Source: a virus. From it: DNA of 64,000 bases. The DNA lies in the IMG/VR virus record IMGVR_UViG_3300034108_000145, positions 32,001 to 96,000 of that record; one strand, written 5' to 3'. Positions within the stretch are counted from its first letter, which is position 1; each line of letters begins with the position of its first letter. The notes beneath the pieces were generated by a model. That model had not been told where the DNA came from. It made no database searches and saw only the letters and a program-made list of their open reading frames with translations. A program made the position numbers and the translations under genes. Positions 10,901 to 20,483 of the stretch are shown piece after piece.

Positions 10901-12870
10901 AGTGGTAAAGCATATGAAGCATAGTTACCAACATGTAATGCTAATGAACCATTAATATTTACATTACCACCAGATGATGTTAAGTTTAAATTTCTAGCTA
11001 CTATTTGTAAATCTCTATATCTTTCACCACCTCCGTGTCCGCCATAACTATCTATATAAGAACTATCCCCAGCATACTGAAAATATAATCTACCACCTGC
11101 CGCATTACCACCACCTAAACGAATAGCTTGACTTATAGAAGTGGTTCCATTTCCAACTCCTAAATCACCATTAACATTTATAGCACCCGTTGTACTAGAT
11201 CCACGTGAAGTAACAGAAGCTAATGTATCAGTTTCGGTGTATCCTGTTATCCAACCACCATAGTTTCCTAAATCATTTGTAAAAGATGATAATGCTGTAG
11301 GTCTTCCTGTAACACCAGTCCATGCAACGTTAGTAGCTGTTGCTGCATTACCTGAAATATTAACTTGTGGATTTCCAGCAGAATACACTCTATTTCCAGC
11401 ATCATATAAAGAACCTGCATATAATGCTTTACTTCCATTTACACCAGTTCCTATTCTTACTCCCACACCACCATAGTAAACAAGTTCTAGCCAATCATTT
11501 GTATTAATACTTTCCAATGTATCAACATATACAGTACTACCTGAAGAATAAGCATAGCCATTATTAAAATTAGTAGCTGTAGTTGCAGTAGCTGCATTTC
11601 CAGATATAGATCCAGAAGATGTAATATAACCAGAAGGGTTTGTACTATTATACGGTGTATAGCCTAAAGCATTAGTTACTTGAGTAGATGTGATACCTGT
11701 TAAATAGCCACCACTTGCGTGGTTACCCCATCCATATGCAGTATCCCAGTTAGACTTATTATAACCTGTAATAGCATTAGCTCCGTTAAAAAAGTTTTGG
11801 ATCTGTGCATCTGTATAAGCGTTTGTTATACCGTAGCCAGATATAGTTGTAGGTGTACTAGTAATCTTACCCCATCCTAAACTGGTAATCCAAGCAGGGT
11901 TAGCATAAGAACCAGATAGTGATACATAAGTTGATGCAGCACTAGACGTAGTTAAATATGTACTGTTATCATATGATACAGTGGTACCACTTACCTTTAC
12001 AAAGCCCGTACCATTAAGCTGAGCTTGTTTAGTACCAATAGATGTAGCTACAGTTGTGGCAAAATTAGGATCATCACCAAGAGCTGCCGCAAGTTCGTTG
12101 AGTGTATCAAGAGTTCCTGGAGCTGCGTCTACTAAATTAGAAATAGCTGTACCTACATACGTTTCTGTAGCATACCCAGTTAAAGCAGATGATGTGATAT
12201 ATCCAGCTCCGTTAGTAAGCTGGTTGTTGTTAGTAATAGTATTAACTACATTTAGGTTTCCTCCTACAATAGATAAACTGATCCCAGCACCTGCTGAAGC
12301 AGTTAGTACACCTGTATTAATAACGTTTAGGTTCTGATCAACTACTGAAAGACTGATGCCAGATCCGGCAGACGCTGTTAGTATACCAGTATTTATTACA
12401 TTAAGATTCTGATTAACAACGCTAAGGCTAATACCTAATCCAGCTGAGGCTGTTAATATACCTGTGTTTACAACATTTAAGTTTTGGTTTACAACACTTA
12501 AACTAATACCGGCTCCTGAACTAGCAGTAAGTATACCAGTATTAACAATGTTAAGGTTTTGATTAACTACACTTACAGATATACCTAAACCAGCACTAGC
12601 TGTCATTACACCTGTATCAATAGACCAAGCACGGTTAGAAGAAAGATCGTAAGAAGTTCCGTTGATAGTAATAGTTCTACTAGTAGGTGCATAAGCAGTT
12701 ACAGCACCACCTACAATAGATCTTACCCATGCAGTCGTTGGTACCTTTCCACTATTATCTTCACCAGTAGGAGCTATGCCTAAAGCAAGACTAGCCGGTA
12801 ATACCACATGACCGTCTGCATCATACTGAAATACATTAAGTATATGGGAGGTCTTCCTTTGTTTGTTCAT
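7933..12870 (-). CDS. Long tail fibre with C-terminal intramolecular chaperone (peptidase S74-like)
   Basis: 1645 aa; DTLNELAAALGDDPNF repeat; C-terminal YSDVRKKTD...GVIAQEI...YGNIVGVLIEAIKEQQ. Confidence 0.88.
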   Translation of the reverse strand: MNKQRKTSHILNVFQYDADGHVVLPASLALGIAPTGEDNSGKVPTTAWVRSIVGGAVTAYAPTSRTITINGTSYDLSSNRAWSIDTGVMTASAGLGISVSVVNQNLNIVNTGILTASSGAGISLSVVNQNLNVVNTGILTASAGLGISLSVVNQNLNVINTGILTASAGSGISLSVVDQNLNVINTGVLTASAGAGISLSIVGGNLNVVNTITNNNQLTNGAGYITSSALTGYATETYVGTAISNLVDAAPGTLDTLNELAAALGDDPNFATTVATSIGTKQAQLNGTGFVKVSGTTVSYDNSTYLTTSSAASTYVSLSGSYANPAWITSLGWGKITSTPTTISGYGITNAYTDAQIQNFFNGANAITGYNKSNWDTAYGWGNHASGGYLTGITSTQVTNALGYTPYNSTNPSGYITSSGSISGNAATATTATNFNNGYAYSSGSTVYVDTLESINTNDWLELVYYGGVGVRIGTGVNGSKALYAGSLYDAGNRVYSAGNPQVNISGNAATATNVAWTGVTGRPTALSSFTNDLGNYGGWITGYTETDTLASVTSRGSSTTGAINVNGDLGVGNGTTSISQAIRLGGGNAAGGRLYFQYAGDSSYIDSYGGHGGGERYRDLQIVARNLNLTSSGGNVNINGSLALHVGNYASYALPLSGGTLSGVLYFTDTTNGIYKSGARLTIRSESVDNVANFADYGMYLPRLGQQAGLYVESPIEARGGLRIGSGASSGTINVGADTAVVGSRLVQRDANGYIYANHINFSTSETENSTVNSFITSNGDGWSRKASLQHVRNQLGNYGGWITGLSFDGLSSKTGGTGTYQTSGDFRAPIFYDSNDTTYYGDFAGTSLFNVVRMGTNANQTFAQLNISQGVGGATTYRDIDLKGSWSGGEGHAITATHGSSASNIVGQMVFQHDSPGSRIKWGRLYHSGDMSTFPMQLISENSSGSAYLEMNTGSMRAPIFYDSNDTTYYLDPNAGTSLNIAGKITTAVSNGTIISHASMTDALGYNNSYGTYIGSVVGGTYYIYGNGTFYDNGTIRSFIHSGNIGSQSVSYASSTNLLNTLSNYVWSASTLPSGYNAGIQTSFVSASEGFPSYGSVLTNRTYTGSQGGTLQLYTPYGPAYGGTRLGFRSGIYETGAWSGWKYLLNDSTDPYAANMNQYVRSTDDVNFNTVGIPGANNTPINITGSAHKYLTINPGNGYEAMVRYIGGSGSSWYVGKRTSGQLIGTQSFHFYSEEAGATVGGINPSGDMIVIGSMRANIFYDQQDTGYYLDPNDTSNLYRFTESTLNRHSLNSRQVNSPWATRAAQGTLYQTGAMGWGQYDLNVIASNWGSGFFDTWSSPANGPGASGHYVGMQAFHYNNSDSAKFHGWQMACAQEAVNRWFWRSAWDVPRSWVEMIHSGNIGSQSVNNSAQLDGFGRSNFLGFNGNSYYQASSWIQLNGWHGLYAPSWNGAHWMPNNASTYTTWRIAGSRSGYSGIYDDYSAVNMLMFDSAGNGGAYRENNGRWYWYHHLGNNCTAIATSTTSSSYRAYIGGSLYAEGDVVAYSDVRKKTDIITIDNALEKVNKLRGVFYTRIDAPERGRQTGVIAQEINQVLPEVVTYAADVDEYGVSYGNIVGVLIEAIKEQQKQIEELQNKLDNVLSSR
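12241..12615 (-). repeat. Five tandem 75-bp (25-aa) repeats TGILTASAGxGISLSVVNQNLNVIN
   Basis: Units start at 12615, 12540, 12465, 12390 and 12315. Confidence 0.9.
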
Positions 12871-12879
12871 AACCTACTA

Positions 12880-15800
12880 TTATCTATTTATAAGTTGTTT
12901 TACTAAATCTTTAAGTTCTTCTATCTCACTCTTCTGAGATTCTATTTGTAACTGTTGTTCTTTGATAGCTTCGATAAAAAGACCAGCCATATTCCCATAG
13001 GACACGTTTAACATATCATCTTCCATACGAGTTACTAACTCTGGAGCTACAGTTTGTACCTCTTGAGCAATTACTCCAATCTTTTTACGCTTATCAGCAG
13101 TATCAGTACGGTTATAATAAACACCTCGTAAAGACAATGTTTTTTGTAAAGCGTTATCTACTGTTACAATGTTTTCTTTAACTCTTATATCAGAGTAAGC
13201 TGTTACATCTCCACGTACAGTAACATTATGGCTAGAATCTATTAGCATGCTTACTGTACCAGTATAGTTGGCATTTGCATAGAAATAATGATTAGTAGCT
13301 ATATAACTAAGTCCAGCCCAATCATTAAGGCTACCGGTGTGAGAACCGATAATAGCTCCTGTATTACCATTCCATTGCCCTATAACAACTCTATTATTAC
13401 TTGCATCTCCAAATGCAGCAGTTATCCACCCTGTTGCTGGTGTAGTCGTGCCAGAGTTATATTGTGTAAAATGATTTCTAGCATTTCCTGAATTACTTCC
13501 TAGTGCTCCCGAATTTGTTATTTGGCTAAAACTAACACTGTCAGATGTCCTGACATACTGATTCATGTTAGCTGCATACGGAGCATTGTCTGTTCTCAAT
13601 GATTGAGATGGATTAAAGTCAACTTGCTTTGCGGTTGTTGGCAGCCCAGAATTTGAAATAGACGTTACCCTATTCATCTGACGACCATCATAAGCAGTAT
13701 ATGCTTTTACTGTGTATCCATGCCAATAACCTTGACTAGGGAACCAGAAGCATAAGTTGCCATTATAGTTAATAGCTCTTAATCCTGATATATTACTACC
13801 GTTTGAATAGCTACCGATATTTATAATAGTATCTGCATAAATATAACCCTGTACTTGAATATCAATAGGCATACCGTTTCCATAAGCATTCCCTTTAATC
13901 TCGAGTACAAAAGGTTCACCATAAGTTACCTGATAATTAATGCTTGTTTGAATCAACGTGCCGTCAGGGAAATTACGACCACTCATGATGTAATCCATTG
14001 TTGAGTAGTTCGATTGATTTACTGCCTGAGAACCAATATTACCAGCATGTATAACAGCACTACCTGTGCTATTCCCGTTACCATTAACATATATATCGCC
14101 TCTTACAAATAAGTTATTAGACCCGTTAAGAGTCATTGAATAGTAACTATAACTACTATTATACCATCTAAACATTTCATTTGCATTACCTACAAAGTCA
14201 ATCCAATAGCTGTTAGCTTTGATATAGTGTGATGCAGTATCTCCTGTAAGGAATATAGTTGTACTATTACCACCAGCAGAAATGTCCATGTATAGGCTAC
14301 CATTTAATCTAAGGTTATTTAAAACACTCCCACTATTAGGGTCTAAATAATATGCTGTATTTTCTGAATCATAGAATATCGGAGCTCGAAATGACGAATT
14401 AGCAAATACGTTACCATCTGAATTTACGTTAAACAACACCACAGACCAAGCGTAGTCTACTACTTCAAATCTCCTATCAGTTGCTGAACCTCCTCCCAAT
14501 TGAACAGTCATTGTACCATTGTTTCTATCAGCTGCTCTTCCAATCCATGCTGCTCCAGAATTACTTGTTGAATTAGGGAATGTACCTAAAGTAATTCTTT
14601 CATTCATATTAAGTCTATATAAATTAGACGTGCTATTAGGGTCTACATAGTATGATGTATCATTAGAGTCGTAGAATATAGGAGCTCTAAAAGAAGAAGC
14701 AGCTTCAATATATGTAGGACCCCAACCAAGGTCTCTACCCATTAATATTCTATTAGTACTAGATCCTTGAAAAAAGAAAGCAGAGGCTACTCTATCCCCA
14801 CTATCATGTATAGCAAATTCCCATTGATCTGCACAGTTAGCAAGTATACCAGCAGTTACACTACTTGACCAAGACCCATTTGCAAAATTAAAGTTATAAC
14901 TTGTATGACCTAATATTAATTGACCAGTATAAGAAGGTTGATAGTAACTTCCTAAAACAAGATTATTCATTCTAGAAGTACTAGCAAAGTCTCCGTAATA
15001 TCCTGTATCATTAGAGTCGTAAAAAATAGGAGCCCTAAAGCTAGTAGGAGCAGCAACATAACCACCTTCTCCATAATAAATCTGCAACGCTCCGTATCCC
15101 CCACCACCAGCATTATTATGTGTTGTAAAATTATAAGCTAAACCATTAGCTCCTTGAACAGCTGACCAAGCACGAGACATGAATGTCATAGTACTATAGT
15201 CTGTATTAGTTACATTATTAAAATTAATTTGTGTACCATCAGCAGCATTTAAGTCAGTTGCTATACTAGCAACTGCAGCAGTTCCTGAAATATTAATACC
15301 CCACGTACCAGATGCACCTGAACCTGTTAAAGATGGTGAGTAAGAAGTATAGTTACCAGCATGAAGAATTTGATGTCCATTATTAGTAGTAGTACCATCA
15401 GCTGCTATTTTAAATCTTTCTCCTCCATTTGTATAGATACTAAAATATCCTCCAGTTATACTATTCCATAAATACAACTGATTAATAGAACTATCATAAA
15501 ATAATTGACCTCCAGTTGTACTTCCATCACTTTTAATTAAACTAATACCAGTTCTAATATTTAAAGAAACATTTGATGTAGCCCCTCTAGCAGCTACTGA
15601 TGCTAATGTATCAGTTTCAGTATAACCTGTTATCCAACCTCCATAATTACCAAGATCATTTGTAAACTGTGATAAAGCTGTAGGTCTGCTAGTAACATTA
15701 GTCCATGCTACAGAACCTGCACTACCTGTAACAGATATACCCCAACTACCACTTGCTCCTGTGCCTGTTTTGGTTGGTGCGTAATCATTATAATTAAGAG

Positions 15801-17922
15801 CAGAAAGCATTATAGTCCAAGGAGACCAGTTATCACAACAATCTCTTAAAGTTCTAAAGTACATTGTTGCACTTGGTGAATGCCAAGAAGCTGCCATTTC
15901 CATTCCTTTACCACCAAGAACATATTGAGCAGATATATCATAAGTAGTTGGAGCATTAGATCCTCCATAATAAGCACTGTATATAGCAAGTCCATTACTT
16001 ACTTTAGTAGTTCTATCTGTATTATAATTAGTTGCCCCAGTGAGTACAGCCCAATTAGATGATGTTACATATCCGCTAGGATTGGTAGCATCATAAGGAG
16101 TATATCCTAGAGCAGTAGTAACCATTGAGCTATTGATGCCCGTAATAAATGCTGGAGCACCTGTAATTTTAGACCATGCTAAAGCTGTAATCCAAGAAGG
16201 ATTAGAGTATGTACTAGTAGTATATACTAAGCTATCTGTAATACCGTATCCTGATATAGTAGTTGGTGTGCCAGTTATCTTAGACCATGCTACATCTGTT
16301 ATCTGAGCATTTGCTACAGAAGATAAAGTAGCCAAAGAACCTAGTCCTAAGTTTGTTCTACCATATCCTTGTTGTGTACTTGTTAATCCTTGTGTACCAA
16401 TATCTATTCTTAATCTATTACTAAGAGCAGTAGATACTGTTGTAGCAAAGTTAGGATCGTCTCCTAATGCTGCAGCTAACTCATCTAATGTATCTAGTAG
16501 ACCAGGAGCTCCTGATACTAGATTATTAATTTGAGTGGATACATATGACTGAGTTGCGTAAGAGTTAGCAGTTAAGTAAGTTCCTACACGTGTGTCTGTA
16601 TAATAAAGATTTGTACCTTCAGTAAGATTAGTTGTAGACTTAGCCGCAAAAGCTGTATCAAAACGTGCCTGAGTATAATATAAGTTTGTACCTTCTGTAA
16701 TGTTAGTTGTTGTAGCAGCAATCTTAGTCCATAGACCAGTTGATGCTACATACTTAATCATGTCGCCATCAGATGCATTCTTTACAGATAAATCATGCAA
16801 TTCATCTAGCTCAAAACCGTTCTGTACTTTTACAAAAATCTCACCGTTATTTTGTTGTACTCTTGTTACAACACCAATAAATACTAAGTGAGCTGGAGCA
16901 GTTGGTTTATTAAGTAAACCAAAGATTAAATTACCATCTGTACCTAACCATACAGGATCACCTGCGTTAGCCGTACTAGTATTTAATCCTGCTAGTAATC
17001 CTTCTGTTACAACAAAGCCTTGACCATTTATAGCTAAGTCTTGAGCAACAAGTCCTAATGTTTTACTAGAAGTTTGTTCAGAAGCATTAGATGCTTTAGA
17101 TACAATCATATTAGTACCATCCGCTGATGATACGTAAACTGCTTGACCTTTTGTTACAGCTACACCTGCTTTTACAATATGTTGTACTTGTGATGTATAG
17201 TTAGGAATCCAAGTTACATCATAGTTTGTTCCTGAAACTTTAGCTAAGATATCACCTGCCACTCCACCAGCAGGAACTAATCCCTGATAGTTAGGAATAT
17301 TAAATACTCCAGTGCTGCTGTTATATGTAGCAGCTCCTGATACACCAGTTGTGGTTAAAGTGATAGCTGCTCTTGCACGAGCATTTGTATAGTAAAGATT
17401 TACTACACCTTCTGGTAGCTGATCTGTTGTAGTTGCTGATCCTTCAAAAATAGCACTAGATACAATAATATCTACAATGTCTCCAGTAGCAGCCGGATCA
17501 TTGATTGTAAATGTTGTACCATTAGTAGCTGTAGTCTGATTAGGAGATAAGTAAACACCGTTTACAAATATATCCATAAGTCCAGGTGTATAACCACCTG
17601 TTACAGTAAATACTGTTTGTCCTTCTGTTACAACAAAAGTTTGAGTAGACTTAATAGATGCAGCACTTGCCCCAGTTACTGACAATACTCCTGTACCAGA
17701 GTTAATAGATAAACCACTACCTACTTTTATACCACCTAGTACACTAGCTGATGCTATAGGTAAACTATAGGGTTGAACGAAAGTTCTAACCCACGCTGTG
17801 GTAGCTAATTTTGTAGAATTATCATTAGCATCGGGGGTCTGACCAGTAGCAGTATTGTTAAGTGTAACTACACCATCTACTGTCAGACCAGCTTTAGCTA
17901 GTATGTCAGATAGAAATTTCAT
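12880..17922 (-). CDS. Long tail fibre with C-terminal intramolecular chaperone (peptidase S74-like)
   Basis: 1680 aa; EGTNLYYT repeats, LDTLDELAAALGDDPNF; C-terminal YSDIRVKEN...GVIAQEV...YGNMAGLFIEAIKEQQ. Confidence 0.88.
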   Translation of the reverse strand: MKFLSDILAKAGLTVDGVVTLNNTATGQTPDANDNSTKLATTAWVRTFVQPYSLPIASASVLGGIKVGSGLSINSGTGVLSVTGASAASIKSTQTFVVTEGQTVFTVTGGYTPGLMDIFVNGVYLSPNQTTATNGTTFTINDPAATGDIVDIIVSSAIFEGSATTTDQLPEGVVNLYYTNARARAAITLTTTGVSGAATYNSSTGVFNIPNYQGLVPAGGVAGDILAKVSGTNYDVTWIPNYTSQVQHIVKAGVAVTKGQAVYVSSADGTNMIVSKASNASEQTSSKTLGLVAQDLAINGQGFVVTEGLLAGLNTSTANAGDPVWLGTDGNLIFGLLNKPTAPAHLVFIGVVTRVQQNNGEIFVKVQNGFELDELHDLSVKNASDGDMIKYVASTGLWTKIAATTTNITEGTNLYYTQARFDTAFAAKSTTNLTEGTNLYYTDTRVGTYLTANSYATQSYVSTQINNLVSGAPGLLDTLDELAAALGDDPNFATTVSTALSNRLRIDIGTQGLTSTQQGYGRTNLGLGSLATLSSVANAQITDVAWSKITGTPTTISGYGITDSLVYTTSTYSNPSWITALAWSKITGAPAFITGINSSMVTTALGYTPYDATNPSGYVTSSNWAVLTGATNYNTDRTTKVSNGLAIYSAYYGGSNAPTTYDISAQYVLGGKGMEMAASWHSPSATMYFRTLRDCCDNWSPWTIMLSALNYNDYAPTKTGTGASGSWGISVTGSAGSVAWTNVTSRPTALSQFTNDLGNYGGWITGYTETDTLASVAARGATSNVSLNIRTGISLIKSDGSTTGGQLFYDSSINQLYLWNSITGGYFSIYTNGGERFKIAADGTTTNNGHQILHAGNYTSYSPSLTGSGASGTWGINISGTAAVASIATDLNAADGTQINFNNVTNTDYSTMTFMSRAWSAVQGANGLAYNFTTHNNAGGGGYGALQIYYGEGGYVAAPTSFRAPIFYDSNDTGYYGDFASTSRMNNLVLGSYYQPSYTGQLILGHTSYNFNFANGSWSSSVTAGILANCADQWEFAIHDSGDRVASAFFFQGSSTNRILMGRDLGWGPTYIEAASSFRAPIFYDSNDTSYYVDPNSTSNLYRLNMNERITLGTFPNSTSNSGAAWIGRAADRNNGTMTVQLGGGSATDRRFEVVDYAWSVVLFNVNSDGNVFANSSFRAPIFYDSENTAYYLDPNSGSVLNNLRLNGSLYMDISAGGNSTTIFLTGDTASHYIKANSYWIDFVGNANEMFRWYNSSYSYYSMTLNGSNNLFVRGDIYVNGNGNSTGSAVIHAGNIGSQAVNQSNYSTMDYIMSGRNFPDGTLIQTSINYQVTYGEPFVLEIKGNAYGNGMPIDIQVQGYIYADTIINIGSYSNGSNISGLRAINYNGNLCFWFPSQGYWHGYTVKAYTAYDGRQMNRVTSISNSGLPTTAKQVDFNPSQSLRTDNAPYAANMNQYVRTSDSVSFSQITNSGALGSNSGNARNHFTQYNSGTTTPATGWITAAFGDASNNRVVIGQWNGNTGAIIGSHTGSLNDWAGLSYIATNHYFYANANYTGTVSMLIDSSHNVTVRGDVTAYSDIRVKENIVTVDNALQKTLSLRGVYYNRTDTADKRKKIGVIAQEVQTVAPELVTRMEDDMLNVSYGNMAGLFIEAIKEQQLQIESQKSEIEELKDLVKQLINR

Positions 17923-17934
17923 TCAGATATGTTA

Positions 17935-19146
17935 TTATTTCTTGATGATTACACGATATGCATTAGCTGAAGGAGCTACGGCAAAACTTACAGTTACTGT
18001 GTTAGCATCTGTAATAACCACATCAGTGATTACTTCTTCTAAGGTTGTATTATCTTTAATCATCACGATTACATCAATAGTGTTTAGTCCATGTGTAACG
18101 GCATAAGAAGTGCCAGCTCCACCAATGTTTGCGGCATAACCACCAGTTCTGTTATCTAAATAGGTCTTTAATTTAAGAGGAGTAACAATACGTGTATCGT
18201 CTGTACCTGTTGTTAACTCAGCATCAGTTGCAATCTCTGCAATACCTGTACGAGTTTCTGTAGCTGTACGAGCAGATAAACTAGCAGGAGTTACTGCTTT
18301 ATTAGAATCTGTACCTGTTTGAGTTTCTGCGTTTGTAGCAAGAAATACTAAACCTAGTACAGTTGTTGTAGCTTGATCACGGTTAACTTCTAATTGAATC
18401 CAGTCAGCTGCTGAAGAAGTAGATGCATTATTAACTTTAGCAACAACTACGTCACCAACATTAAATGCTACACCACCTGTTGTTCCTGCTACAGATACAT
18501 ACCAGTAATCACCAGCTTTAGTGCCAGCAACTGGACTAGATCCTACAGGGAAAGAACCACTAGATGCATCCCATGCTCCTTCTAAATTACCTAGACTACC
18601 TACGTTAGCATCAATGTATGTTTTGATTGCTGTAGATGTAGCTAATGTAGAAGAACTAGAGTTAGCCATATCTGTGATAATGGTAACTTCTGCAGGATTA
18701 GCTGTAGCTCCAGATACGTTACCAATTACTGTTAGATTAGCAATCTGTTGTAACTTATCAAAAGTTACTGCATTAGCGTTAATCTTTACAGTGGTAACTG
18801 CAGAGTTAGCAAGTTTACCTGTAACGATACCTAAGTCTTTTACTCTTAGACTATCTGCATTAATTTCAATTGTAGCATTATCTACATTTACATCTAACGT
18901 GATTACATCACCATTAGCTGATGTAGAGGCTGTTAAACCGCTACCACCAAGAACATCTTGGATGTCTCCAGACATGTCAACCCATTGGGTTCCGTCCCAG
19001 AAGAACATTCTTAATACTGAAGGAGTAGTGTCAAAATAGATTTGACCAACTACTGGATTAGCCGGTGGACCAACTTTGTTGTGAACCGCTACGTTTAAAA
19101 TCTGGTTTTGTGTGAGGTCCAGATTGGTTAAAAACTTTTTAGACAT
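17935..19146 (-). CDS. Tail fibre/structural protein
   Basis: 403 aa; ATETRTGIAEIAT repeats, AVTTVKI repeats, C-terminal THGLNT..V...D..TVTVSF domain shared with the two upstream ORFs. Confidence 0.75.
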   Translation of the reverse strand: MSKKFLTNLDLTQNQILNVAVHNKVGPPANPVVGQIYFDTTPSVLRMFFWDGTQWVDMSGDIQDVLGGSGLTASTSANGDVITLDVNVDNATIEINADSLRVKDLGIVTGKLANSAVTTVKINANAVTFDKLQQIANLTVIGNVSGATANPAEVTIITDMANSSSSTLATSTAIKTYIDANVGSLGNLEGAWDASSGSFPVGSSPVAGTKAGDYWYVSVAGTTGGVAFNVGDVVVAKVNNASTSSAADWIQLEVNRDQATTTVLGLVFLATNAETQTGTDSNKAVTPASLSARTATETRTGIAEIATDAELTTGTDDTRIVTPLKLKTYLDNRTGGYAANIGGAGTSYAVTHGLNTIDVIVMIKDNTTLEEVITDVVITDANTVTVSFAVAPSANAYRVIIKK

Positions 19147-19164
19147 GGTATATATATTTTACAA

Positions 19165-19692
19165 TTAGTTCAAAAATGCTTTCCCACTAAATGGTGCAGA
19201 AAACTTTACTGTTAATGAATTAGAATTAATATACTCTACTTCTCCAATTACTTCTTCGTTACTAGAATCTACTACAGAAACAGATGGATATTTATTTAAG
19301 TTGTGTGTAATGCTCCACGTGGAACTTGACACGGTTTGGTTATGAATATGAGAAAACTTATAAGTATCTTGTATAGAAAGGTTATCTCTATATGTAAGAG
19401 TTATAGTTCTATTTTGTGTATCAGAAGTAACATCAATTGCTACTACTGTTTTATTAAAAGCCTCCTCAATCTCAGTAATCTGTTCTTGAGAAATAGCCAT
19501 CTGATCCCACTGATTACCATCCCAAGCGTATAGTAAATGTAATGTTGTATCATATACAATAATACCAGCATCACTAGAGTTATATCCAGAAGCTAAAGCA
19601 GTTCTTTCTACAGTAGTTACAGGTTGTAACTTAGTATTAAGAATCTGATTTTTGTTAAAATCATAATCTACGTATATCTTCTGTACTGCCAT
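19165..19692 (-). CDS. Structural protein with C-terminal WxIxHNLN beta-domain
   Basis: 175 aa; WSITHNLNKYPSVSVVD...VEY...TVKFSAPFSGKAFLN; N-terminus resembles that of 17935..19146. Confidence 0.7.
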   Translation of the reverse strand: MAVQKIYVDYDFNKNQILNTKLQPVTTVERTALASGYNSSDAGIIVYDTTLHLLYAWDGNQWDQMAISQEQITEIEEAFNKTVVAIDVTSDTQNRTITLTYRDNLSIQDTYKFSHIHNQTVSSSTWSITHNLNKYPSVSVVDSSNEEVIGEVEYINSNSLTVKFSAPFSGKAFLN

Positions 19693-20309
19693 TATGATAA
19701 GTATGCTTTACCTGCTACGGCTTGGTTAAATGTAATTTTAACAGTGTTGTTATCTACATACTCAATAACACCTTGTATGTCAACACCTAATAAATCTTCA
19801 GTAGTAACATTTGGTTTTAATCCCATACGGTGTACAATGTTCCATACAGTGGCAGGTGTTTGCTGCGTAAACTCAAATGAACTATTCTGATTAAAGTTAA
19901 TAGCCGGGTTCAAGTTAATTCTTGTTATACAACCTCCAGTGTTCACTTCAATAATATTGTTTGTACCATCTCCATAGTTATAACCTACACCAAATTGTGA
20001 AGGACCAGAAGGAATATTACTTCTAAGATAACCAGCTCCCCATAAATCTACACTTTGATCATATTGAACAGATGTGTCATTTCTATAACTTAGAGGCATC
20101 CATGTTGTATAATTAACATTAGCTTTACATAAAGCATCTTCATCAGCTGTAGACTGCCAATCAACAATCTGTTTTCTTATCCAAGCAAGATCTTCATCTA
20201 CACCAGATTTACAACTAGCAATACCATAACGCATCTGTCTGTAAATCTTGTTATAAGATTCAGCAAATTCTTTAAGGTATTTCTCTTTTTTAGGAAGCAG
20301 GGTTCTCAT
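19692..20309 (-). CDS. Structural protein with C-terminal WxIxH beta-domain
   Basis: 205 aa; WNIVHRMGLKPNV...IEYVDNNTVKITFNQAVAGKAYLS. Confidence 0.7.
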   Translation of the reverse strand: MRTLLPKKEKYLKEFAESYNKIYRQMRYGIASCKSGVDEDLAWIRKQIVDWQSTADEDALCKANVNYTTWMPLSYRNDTSVQYDQSVDLWGAGYLRSNIPSGPSQFGVGYNYGDGTNNIIEVNTGGCITRINLNPAINFNQNSSFEFTQQTPATVWNIVHRMGLKPNVTTEDLLGVDIQGVIEYVDNNTVKITFNQAVAGKAYLS

Positions 20310-20460
20310 TTGAATCAGATTTAGAAGCTCTTAAAGCTTCATCTTTAATTTGTTGTTCATAGATAGCAAGACAGTTACTACAAACTTTTTTACCATCTGA
20401 GGCAATTCTGTCTTGGCAACCACAAGTTATGGTGTTGCCACAATTTGTACAAGTTCTCAT
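20290..20460 (-). CDS. Small Cys-rich (Zn-binding) protein, 56 aa (not in ORF track)
   Basis: MRTCTNCGNTITCGCQDRIASDGKKVCSNC...; AAAAACCAACAT leader; overlaps the next start. Confidence 0.75.
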   Translation of the reverse strand: MRTCTNCGNTITCGCQDRIASDGKKVCSNCLAIYEQQIKDEALRASKSDSNENPAS

Positions 20461-20483
20461 ATATGTTGGTTTTTATGTATATA

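Noticed and set aside
6305-12615. CRISPR-like arrays
   Set aside because: Repeats are in-frame coding repeats with no unique spacers; no cas genes
2280-17922. Diversity-generating retroelement or invertase shufflon acting on tail fibres
   Set aside because: No reverse transcriptase or recombinase in the window, no TR/VR pair with adenine-specific mismatches seen, and repeats are direct and in frame
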